From Neocallimastix sp. 'constans' (taxonomy: Eukaryota): a stretch of DNA of 64,000 bases. The translations under genes were made by a program, and so were the position numbers. The stretch covers positions 372,001-436,000 of the forward strand of contig JBODTK010000102.1 of the NCBI GenBank assembly GCA_050613775.1, written 5' to 3'. Under the pieces are notes generated by a model. That model saw only the letters and a list, made by a program, of their open reading frames with translations, did no database searches and had not been told where the DNA came from. Below, one piece after another: positions 52,606 to 64,000 of this stretch; the first letter of the stretch is position 1, and every line of letters starts with the position of its first letter.

Positions 52606-54009
52606 TAATAATAAGTTGTTTTTCAAATTAAAAAAAAAAAAAATAATAATTTTAAAATTTTTATATTTATAAAATAATCAAAGATTCTGATTATTTTTTT
52701 ATTATGTTCTCTGTATTATTTAATATAAAAGGAAAATATATTTTATGTTTATTTTAAAAAACATAACAGATATTTTATTTTCATTTAAATCATGAATAGC
52801 AATAAATCTATTATATTTATTAAAAAAAGGAATAATATTTATATTTTATTAAATTTCATGTAAAACAAAAAAAAAACAAAGAAAACAAAAACGAAAAAAA
52901 ACAAAAATAAAAACCAAGCAAAAAAAAAAAAAAAAATACAAAATAACAAAAAAAAAATATATTAGGAAGATTTATTAAATTATTTTATAAAGTTATCATT
53001 TTACATCTATTTAGTGTTATTTTTTTAATATAATCATCCCTTTATATTTATTTATTATTACTTTTGTAAAAACAATAATTAAAAAAATAATCATATAAAT
53101 TTTTTATTTTAAAATAAATAATTAAAAAAAAAATAAAAAAAAAAAATAAAAAAAAAAATAAAAAAAAAAATAAAAAAAAAAATAAAAAAAATTTTATAAT
53201 TAAATTTTATCCAAAATTCATTTTTATTTTCTCCTTTTCATTTTATTTAATTAATTAATTTAGTAAATCGAATATAATTTTTTTATTTAATAATTTAATT
53301 ATTAAATTTAGTTTTTTTTTATTTTATTTAATTATTTATTTATTAAATTGTTAATTTAAAAGATACATATTTGAAGTTCTTTTTTTTTTTTATTTTTTAA
53401 AAAAAAAATAATAAAATAAATTTCTTATATATTTTTAATAAAATGGAAAATTATCTTATTAAGTAAACTAAATTTTTATGAAGTTGTTTTGTACTTTTAT
53501 TATAAAAATTTGTTAATTATTTATTTATGATATTATTCTGGTATGGATGATAAATTATAAAGGTAAAATATTTAAATTGAATACAACTATATCTAATTAT
53601 ATGAACAGTTGTTTCCTTTATATTAAAGGATATATGATTATTGCTATCAACATAATAAACCAAATTATAGAATTATTATCAACAAAATGAAACTCGTACA
53701 TATGAAACCTATCAATTATAAATTTTATTTAATATAAAAGAAATTCAAACCCTTAAAAAAGAAATTCATTATGAGTCATTACGGATTTATAAGGATTATC
53801 AAAATTATATATGACTAGAAGTTGAAAGAAGTCATATTATATATTGTCCGTTTATATTCTAAAAATAAATGTATGTTTCTATGCTCGTTATAAAAATGAT
53901 AAAACTCATCGTATTAAAGTGATTTTATGTTATGAATCGAATTCATTCTATTGCAATAAATTAGTTTTTCTGTTTTTCCAACAAGTATAATTTTAATAAA
54001 TCCTTAATA

Positions 54010-55030
54010 TAATATACTTTCACCTAACCATTTTTCCGTAGGGTTTGCACTGAGTATTCTTAATCATATATTCCAATGGCGTACTAGTTCGTAGGCCCAT
54101 TTTATACCAGGATTACTAGAAATTTTGTCATCATGAATCAACTTCATAATATTTTTCTAAAATTAGATGGCACCCATACTTTCCTTTTCTAATCGGATAG
54201 GGTCCCCTTATTCATAATAGACTTCTTGAAGGCATGTTTTATAAAGTTATCTTTGGCAAATTTATCTTGCGAATAATTCTGCTAAATATCATTTACAAAT
54301 TTTTGACTTTGTACTTAACCAGACAACCATCGTCTGTAGGGTTGTCAATACCTTGAAACTTCGTAGGAGGAACTATAGGACTCATCCAAATTTTGGCTAG
54401 TGAGAACTCCTAGTCAACCCTATGGAAATGTTAGTCCGCTTTTCCATGATTTACCTATAGTGACGTAATAAGTCTTCTAAAGAAGCATTGATATTTTTGT
54501 ACTTACTGTAATCGAAAGGACGTAGCAAGGTTTCTAATGTTTACTGTAGGGTTGTTATATCCGTTGTGGTCGTGAAATTTTATTCCTGGCAAAACAAATT
54601 CCCATGAGATTTTCGGAGGGTATTATATGGCCGGAGCCAAAGCCAGAGATTTAATTTATGAGGCTATTTCCATGGTAGACGTAATACCGGAGGGTTGACC
54701 ATATTATATTTTAATAAATTTGTTATCTATTGGGTTAATGAATGGTTCCTTTACTAAGTAAAAATATATTGGAATATTACTCTTTCGCTAGAGCGACGAT
54801 CATCAGGTTTTATTTTCCGTAGGGTTGCTCTGGTGAATTGTACCTGAATGAATTATTTTGTGGTATAATTTTCTTAATAAGTAGGGTTGGTAATACTTCA
54901 AAACAACAAAATTTATGGGTACTTCCCTGGCTAGTGTGGGAACCCCATACCAATATTATGGTAAGCAAGGAGTTGTTAATACAAGAAATAATCCAGCTGT
55001 TTCTCATGTTTACTGTAGGGTTGTTATTAT
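54010..55030 (-). mobile_element. Fragmented Ty3/Gypsy-like pol relic
   Basis: Minus-strand KVWVPSNFRKIL / IHDDKISSNPGIKWAYELVR resembles the Gypsy integrase zinc-binding region; raised GC and many stops. Confidence 0.5.
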
Positions 55031-58000
55031 AAATCATTTCTAATATACATAAAATACGAAACATCGAATATGGTAAAAAAAAAAAAAGGTATAAAATTTT
55101 AATAAACAATTTATTATTTATTTAAATATCATTATATAATTATGAGAACTTGAATTAGAAAAAAATCTTTTTTTTAATAATATTAACAAAATATTACATT
55201 ATGTTTTATCTGAAATATTCGGTAGAATACTAATTACTATATAAAAGTAATTATTATTCCACAGAATTTCTCAGGTAAAATAGCAATAAAGGTGTATTAA
55301 TTATATCTATTAAAATAAAATCATATTTTACTTTTATGATATTTCTATATAAAAATCATCATCCAAATAACTATCCTGAAATAATAGAAAAGAATGACAA
55401 TTAAATATTTCTATCACGAAAATTATCATAACAATTTTAAAAGTCCTTTTTTTTTTAAAACTAAATTCCAACAATTCCAGATGAAATATATAAAATAAAA
55501 ACAAAATAAAATATTATTGATTTATGATGAATAATACCTTTCCTTTTATTATAAATTCATGTCGGTAGGTTATTGAACCAAAGTAAGGACAACTACCTAA
55601 AAAAAATAATATCACTTTCCATTGACTAAGAGTAATCATTCTTTTTTAGTACTAATATTGTACAAAAGGCATTCTTTATAATTTTCATTTGATAGGATAT
55701 TTGAAATGTCACAGGATTCAAATATTGAAGCTTTAATATAAAGTGAATTATATTTATTAAAAAAAAAGATAAAGGCCAATTGAAATTAGACCATTGAAAC
55801 ATTAAGAATTTTACCTTATAAATTTTTCATTTACAACCATTTTAAAAATTGTGAATGACCTTTGTAATGAAAATTCTTTCAGTCAATTATATATATGATA
55901 AAAAGAGTAAGCAACTGATTTTATAGTTTCTGAATATACTACTGCTGTTGACGGAGAATATAATGATTAAGAGAAAGTCTTGAATAGTGTAAATTTAAAT
56001 AAAGAAAACCATTCTGAAGAGCAAAAAAATATCAAAACCGAAATATTTTAAATTAATATCTATATTTAATTTTATTATTATTATTATTATTATTATAAAA
56101 TTAAATTTAAAACTATTTATTTATTTATTTATTTATTTATTATTTTAAAAAATTTCATTAAAACAAACAAATTACACAACAGGAAATCGTTCACAATCAC
56201 TGTTACGATAGATGTCATTCCATTTTTGATACTTATTTTATTTAATTGTTTTCTATTTCTTATTTTCTAATTTTAAATTGTATATTTCTAATAATAACTT
56301 ACTATTTCTAAATAATTATTATTTACTTCTAATAATAATTATTTATTATGTATTATTTATTATTTATTGTTTATTATTTATTATTCAATTATATATTATT
56401 TCTAATATTTATTTATTATTTATTTCTAATAATTATTTATTATTTCTATATATAATTATTTATTATTTATTTCTTATTTCATTATAATTAAAATTTTTAT
56501 TTTTTTTTCTGTTTATTTATTTCTAATTTTTATTTTTTATTTATTTGTTTTATTTGTAATTTGTTTTTTCTTTTCTTTTTTTTTTTTTTAATATTAATAT
56601 ATTTTATTTTTAAAATTATTTTTATTTTATTGCTTTTATTTTATTATAAATAATTTATTATTATTTATTATTTATAATAAATTATATTCTTATTATTATT
56701 TCAAAATACTTAAATTAAATTAAATAAAAGTAATGAAATTTAACAATTTTAGTTATTTCAGAATATATAGTTAAATACAATGGAAAATCTTTAGTGTTAT
56801 TCTATTATATTAAATAAGAAGTCAAAAGATTTAATTATTGGTATAATAATTTTTAATTCTTTTACAAATAAAATAGTATTATTTATTTTTTAGAAAAATC
56901 ATTAAGTATTTTATATCATTTATTACTTGTTTATAATTTTTAACAACTACCTTTTCTTAATAAACAATTTCGTAATAACTTAGTGAATACTTTTAATAGT
57001 TGTAATTATTATTATATTATATTTTTAATTACTCTTTATTATTTATTACTTATTTTTTGTTATTTATTATATATTATTATTTGAATAAATTATTTATCAT
57101 TTATTATCTAGTTATTTCTTATTTCTTGTTTATTTTTTAATATCAAATTATTTCTTACTTAGTATTTATTATATTATTATATAATTATTTATTGTTTTTT
57201 ATTATTATTTTTTATTATTATTTTTTATTATTATTTCTTATTTTTATTATTATTTCTTATTTTTATTATTATTTCTTCTTATTATTTTTTATTTTTTATT
57301 ATTATTAATTAAATTATTATTTATTATTTATTATGTATTATTTATTATTTATTATATATTATTTATTATTTATTATATATTATTTATTATTCAATTATTT
57401 ATTATTCAATTATTCAATTATTTATTATTCATTAATTAAAAATAAATTTAAGATTAATTCAACTCTCGCAAAAGCATCTTAAATTTATTATTTCTACTTA
57501 ATCCTTTAAGTAAAGTTTTCTTCTTTATTTTTTCATATAAATAGTCAATAAAATATTTTTGATTGAAGAATTTCTTAAGCTTCAAATAATTTTTTATTTT
57601 TTATTTACTTCAGTAAATTAAAATACCAAAAAAAAAATAAAAAAATTAAGAATAATAGAAAAAAAATATTTTTTTAAATATTTATTTCTGTTCATTCTTA
57701 AAAATTATTGTATACCTTTAATTTTTTTTTTTTTTTTTAATTTACTGAATTTTTTTTCTCTTTCATTCTTAATACATTAATAAGCAACAATTTTTAGTTA
57801 AGAAGAGAAGTGAAGAAAATAAAAATTTATTACAAGGTAAATATAAAAAATAATTAAAGAATAAATATTTTAAAATTTTTTTTTTACTATATAAAAATCT
57901 TTGGTTTAAAAGATAATTTTAAAGATATATATAAATGATTAATAATAGAAAAATAAAGTCTATTAAAATTTATTAAAAAACTAATATCATATTTAATATA

Positions 58001-58152
58001 TATATATTTTAATATATTAAAAATTTTTATACAAAAGTCTTTATAAAATACTTTGTAAATAGTTTAAATAATATTTTGTATATAGTAATTTCATTTAAGA
58101 AAAAGAAATATAAATATCTATAGGCATTCTTTAAAATTTATAACCAAAGAAA

Positions 58153-61100
58153 ATGGTAAATCTTAAATATATTGGACTACCGTTATTGGTAGGGCTATGT
58201 ATTAGACGAATTAAAGGAGGTACGATGAAATACAAAAGATATAAATAAAAAATTTTTATTACTAAAAAAATTTTATTATGAATATATTTTATAGATTGTA
58301 CTTTTACCTATGACGACGATGTTACTAAAATTGCAGCTAATACTTGTAAGTATATTTAAAATTGTAATTGTTTATGAAATTACTCTTTGCTAATTCTGTT
58401 TTATGTATTTTGAAATGATAAGGTACTGCTTCTGATGATGGATATCATTTCGTTGTAAAGTCAGATGATCCCACTAAACATAGAATGATAAAATATACCT
58501 ATGACGCCAATGCCATCCCAAAAGATAAAATAGAAGATACTGGTGCTGGTTTTTATGCTACCACAGATGGAAAATATTATACTTGTACAAGTGCTACGGC
58601 TTGTACGGAAAAAACAGATCTAAATTTTCCTTCTGTAGGTTATTATAAGGTTGATACTTACTATGTTGCATGTAAAAGTTCAAAAGATGATGGAACATCT
58701 AACCTAACTTGTAAAGAAATTACTAAGCCTACAAATACTTGTAATGAAGATACTATTGGTGAATTTGTTTCAATATCTGGTAGCAACTATGGTCTCTGTC
58801 TTGCAGAGTATGATGTTGGAGAAACGAAAAAGTATCCAACACTTGGCTTTTTAGCTTCAGGGGCCACGGCGGATACTGGAGAATACCTCGTGAAACATAT
58901 ACCAAAAAAGGAAGATAGTGAAAGTGACAATAGAGTTTTCAACTTTGACATTACTATGAACTACTATATTGTTACTCATACCGAGACGGCTATTGCCTTA
59001 AAAACGAATAATGTAAAACACGAGGATCAATGTGCCCTCGCTGAAAACGGTAAAATTATCGATAGAACCACTGATTTTTGTAGTGATGGTGCTGGAAGAT
59101 ACTTCAATTGTGAAGCGAACTCAGGTAAATGTATCTCTGCACTTAAATCCACTCCAGATATACAGGAGTTAAATAATGAATCTTGTGTTTCATTTACTGA
59201 TGAAAGTGATTCCAATAAGACTAAATACAAAGGAAATTGTAAGTATATTAAAATATTATTTAGCAAAAAAAAATTTAAAGAGATAGACAGAAACTGCTAT
59301 TCCATATTTTAAAATGTAAAAATTTTTTTTAAATATTCATACTATTACTATTTTAAATAATATGAAAAATAGGTAAGACAATAAGTGGTATTGAGTATTA
59401 TTTAATAGACAGCAGTGAAGCTATCATAAATGATACTTCAAGTGGTAAAATTATTCAAATGAAAATATCTGGAGAATATTTTGAAAAGAACGCAGATGCC
59501 CTCGATACTAAAGGTTACTACTTAAATGCTGATGTCAGTAAAAAACAAGAATATCCTATGATTTTGTGTGATGGCAGTGACAGTGGTTGTAAATTCGTTT
59601 CTAAGGAAGAAATCATTCCTGGATACTATATTACTAATCCTAAATCTTCTGGTACTGCTACAGCTATTAAATGTACTTCCTCAAATATTTGTTCGGTAGA
59701 TACAGGAGGTTCAAACAATGGTAATATTAATATCAGCGGAATTAACGTAAAGCTATATATTGACGGAAGTAACGATCATTCCTTTGATATTACAAATGGT
59801 GTCGATAAAGAATATATTTTATTAAATGTGGCAGCGGAAGCTTTCCCAGGGGTTACCGTTGTAGGAAACTATGCTGTTAAAATGAATGTTAACAAATTAG
59901 AAACGGATGAAACTGTCGCCGTCGGTACTATTTTACTCTCAGAGAAGAAGAGTAGTTGTGAAGGTGTCGAAGATAATGAAACGGTCAAAAAGGACGATGG
60001 AAAGTTCTATTACTGTGCCGGTGGTATTGAAGTACCAATGATAGCTAATGGCGCCGTATTCGGTATCTTTGATAGCACAGATAACGAATACAAAATTTTA
60101 CAAATTGGAGAAACAGGGGTCACCAAATTACCCCAAACCCAAACCGATGCTGATATTGCTACTTGTAAGTATATTGTTATTTTAAATGGAAAAAATATAT
60201 AAATCCAAAGAATATTTGTTTAAAATGAATTAAAAGAATTATTTTATGAATATGATTTTTAAAGAAAAAAAAATGAAAAAAAATATTTTACTAAAATTTT
60301 CTTATTATTTTATTTGTATGTTTAGACGAAGGTTACTATATTAATAGAAGCAATGGTGGTACTGGATTAATTTTCTGTTATAAATCAACAGAGGATTCTC
60401 AGGGAGAAACAGTTCCCGCTTATTTAAAATGTGAAAATAAATCACCAACGATGAAGGATAAATATGAAGTGTTTATTAACAAAGAATCCGGATTCCCAGT
60501 TTCCTCTGGTAGTTCGGCAACTCTTGATGCTAAGATCATCGTTTGTTCCAGTGAAAAATGTTCAGTTCCTGAAAAAAGTGGTTCAAAATATAAATATGAA
60601 GGTAAAGAATTGGACGTCAATCACTACTTTATCAATCATGAAAATGAGAAAGTAGATTCCTTAATTCAATGTAAAACTTCCATTGGTGGTACTTGTAGTT
60701 TAGTTGATGCAAATTCCGATCCTGCCCTGAACGTTGGATTTTATATCAATGGCATTGAAGATCTTTCCCTCATTAAATGTAGTGAAACAAAGGAAAAGGA
60801 TGATCAAGGTCAAGAAGTAAAATCAACCATTTGTGAAACTGTAGGCAATGTGGTCAAATATGGTTACTATTACAGTCATGACGAATCCAAATACATCTAT
60901 TGTAATAATGAAAATTGTTCTGAACAAGATGCTGAACAAACTGACGTCGGAAAATCCTTTATCAATAGTGATGGCACCAGTGATAAGTTTATTATTTCCT
61001 GTGCTAGTGGAACATGTAGTGAAGTAGAAGCCGGAGACTATTATCTTGACAGTAGCTTAGAGGAAGGATGGAATCTCTTAAAATGTGGTGAATCCGACTG

Positions 61101-64000
61101 TACCAAGGTAGAAGGGATTAATCGTGGTGTTTATATTTCCGATAATGGTAAAAAGTTAATTTCCTGTGGTGTTACCGGAAAGGATAAAAAACATACCTGT
61201 TCCGTCAAAGAAAATAGTCCTACTGGAGAAAATCAAAAATACTATCTGAATGGAGATTCAGATGCGGATAATCCAATCATTACCAGTATTAAGGATGTGG
61301 ATGCAGCTGCCACTAAGAAAAAGAGAGCCGACACCTTTAAATGGGCTTCAATGACAGATAAACCTAAAGCGGATGACATTTTCATTAATGGAAATGTGAA
61401 CACTGATGGTAAATATGGTTTAATTTTATGTAGTGAAAATGACTGTATGGAAATTGAGAAAACGGCAGATGGAAATTACTATATTGATATTAATAATGGA
61501 AAAGTTATTCAATGTGGTCCAAAATCATGTGTGTATGAAACAGTTAGTGATGATAGTAAACTTCCAACAGGAGAGGAGAAAGACGTAAAATATAATTTTG
61601 TTATTGATAAATCAACTGCTCAAATAATGACAACTGGTTCAGGAACACTCGTCATTTGCACAAGTGAAGATGAGGATAAATGGACCTGTGAATCTAAATC
61701 GGGAGGTAATACTTACTATATAAATAGCTTCACTTCCAAAGAATTATTAGTCGCTACTGGAAATACTTACACAATCAAAACAGCAAAAGATATGGGTGAA
61801 AATGGTTACTTTATTAATGGTGATGATGATGTTTATCAATGTGATGGTAGTGAATGTAAAGCACTAATTGAAACTTCATATTTAGAAAAATGTAAAAGTG
61901 GTGAAAACGGCTCAATGACAAAATCTGGAGAAATATGTTTAGAATATACCTCTGATACTGATATGAAATTTGAATCAAGAGATAGTAATAAAATATTTAT
62001 CTTTAATTCCAACAAATTCCCAGGAGCAAACAATAAACTTATAATGATTAATGCTTCCGGAAACAAAATTGTTGAAGTTAAGCCAACCTCTGATGCTTAT
62101 TACTTAATTGGTGAATATTTAACTCCTGTTACTTCGGGGGAAGAAGGTAATGTTTATAAGTATACTTACTCAGCTACTGCACCTAAAGTTGAAAAATTAA
62201 ATCCACAGGTTACAACCTACTATCCTAACTCTGACGAGTCCACCGTTAAGAATTACCAAAATATTAAATGTGAAAAGTTAGTCGATGAAGAAAAAACAAC
62301 AGATCCCACGAATCCAAAGTATAAAGTTGAATGTAAATTATCAAAGAAAAGTGGTGATGATGTATATTGCTTGAAAACTGGAAATACAGGAAAAATTGCA
62401 CTTAACTCTTGTGAAAAGAATTGTGATGGTACTTGCTATGAAATTACTCATAAAGCTGGTTACTACCTTCCATATGAAAAGAGTTTCCTTATTAAGTGTG
62501 GTTCTGGATGCGAGAAAAATGATAAATTATCAGAAGGTTATTACAAGAGTGAAGATGCTGCCAATACACTTATTCGTTGTAGTAAAAGTGCAGATGGTTA
62601 TCGATGTGAATACGAACCTATCATAAATAATGGATATTACATAGGAGCTTCAAAGAATTTGATTAAATGTACGGATGGTACCTGCGAAGAAGTGAATGAT
62701 TCCAGTGGTGGAAGGTTTGTTAGTGCAGAAAATGGTAAAGCTTTAACATATTGTACTGGACAAAACAAGAATTTAAGTTGTACTTCCGATTCAAAACCCG
62801 CTGTAGGTTACTACATAAATGGTAATGCGAAGGTTAATCCATTAATTAAATGTACATCTGATAACAGTGGAAAAGTTACCTGTTCAGATATAACTATCCC
62901 TAATAAGGGTTACTTTATTAATGCAGCATATAAATCAACAGCTACTGATGATAAATATTTGATAGATTGTTCAGATGGTAAATCATGCAGCCTTGCTACA
63001 CCGTTCGTTAAAGGTTATTATGTTAATGGTGAAAATAAAAAATTAATTTATTGTAAAACTGTAGATGATTGTTCTGAATATGAAGGAAAAGGTTGGTATT
63101 TAAAAGGTGACGTTACAACCTCTCCAATTCATTGTGATGGAACGTGTTCAGATAAATCTACAGATGAATTGAAAAAAGGATTCTACGTAAATGGTGATAC
63201 AAATACAAACAAAAAATATCCATTATTCATAAATAGTGGTTCATTTACATTATATAAGCCTGAAGATGATAATGATAAATTTACTGGTTGGTATATAAAT
63301 GCAGGAAGTACCTCAAGTAATGATAAAATATTAGAATGTGTTGATGGTGTTATTAGACAATGTACCCCAAAAGCTGTTGCTACCGATTGTGTTAATGGTA
63401 AATTCTTTGAAAATGGCGGGGTAATAAAATGGTGTATTAATAATAATGAGGTGAATCTTTTGGCAACAGGTGAAAGTACACGTTATGTCTATGCAAATAT
63501 TTCATCAAAAAATTTGTTCTCTTGGATATCCGATGCGACAGGTTATGTAAAATTTGAAATTAGTGAAAATTATGTTAAACAAAACAAAATTAATGGTTAT
63601 TCCTATGATAAAGATAATGATCAATTATACTATTGTAACGGTTTTGGTACTGGTGTTTGTAATTTATTGAAGGCCTCTGAAATTACGCCGGGTTACTATA
63701 TAAATTATTCTGATAATTCTATAATTATTTGTGGTAAATATGATGACTCCTTGTGTATAAATGTTAGTAAAGATTCATTAGAGGGAGATGATGCTTTGAA
63801 AAGTTATGATATTGTAATTAATAATGATGGAAAATTATATTTAGCACCTGCAAGTACTGTTACTGATCCTATAATTATGAGTAAAGTGACTTCAGAAACT
63901 TTATATGCTCTCAAAAATGATAAAACAAAAGAATTCCCAAAACCAAAAGGTGAAAGTTATGCAAGATACATTTTAGTAGATGTCAATAAATACTATGTTA
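58153..64000 (+). CDS. Large secreted Cys-rich repeat protein, fungal cellulosome scaffoldin-like; exons 58153-58219, 58295-58345, 58423-59238, 59373-60164, 60326 to beyond 64000 (3' partial)
   Basis: Signal peptide MVNLKYIGLPLLVGLCIRRIKG; four phase-1 GT-AG introns in frame; repeated GYY(I/L)N...LI.C....C units. The last exon appears open to the window end, so it is absent from the ORF track. Confidence 0.82.

Noticed and set aside
53120..53190. (A9T)n repeat, and the TTA-rich tracts at 56270-57440 including ORF 56278..56487
   Set aside because: Ordinary low-complexity sequence in an AT-rich genome.
59027..62626. Small ORFs 59027..59266, 60420..60620, 60464..60655, 61836..62066 and 62396..62626
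   Set aside because: Antisense or off-frame shadows of the scaffoldin-like exons.

Overview
Extremely AT-rich eukaryotic DNA with GT-AG introns, Copia, Gypsy, LINE and MULE elements, and a Cys-rich GYY-repeat scaffoldin-like gene. This is most consistent with an anaerobic gut fungus (Neocallimastigomycota); the assignment is inferred, not searched. From 1.2 to 52.6 kb, every intact non-transposon gene I could recognise belongs to a family typical of bacterial capsule/surface-polysaccharide loci. These are two GT2 paralogs, a GT-A-like+GT8 fusion, a GT10 fucosyltransferase, a capsule-type nitroreductase, a polysaccharide pyruvyltransferase, a GT2_4/GT92-like enzyme and a tandem Stealth phosphotransferase, plus a disrupted acyltransferase-3. 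The intact genes all carry N-terminal signal/anchor segments. In two of them (GT10, pyruvyltransferase) I could reconstruct spliced leader exons that the ORF track missed. The region looks like a probably horizontally acquired glycan-synthesis/modification cluster adapted to the eukaryotic secretory pathway, lying next to a scaffoldin-like gene (58153 to beyond the window end). Transposon highlights: (1) a non-coding LTR element carrying a decayed copy of one cluster GT and an arfaptin-like fragment, flanked by a 53-bp direct repeat; (2) a defective Copia with apparently identical LTRs and a GAACT TSD; (3) a primer-binding site matching the tRNA-Lys(CUU) anticodon stem-loop.
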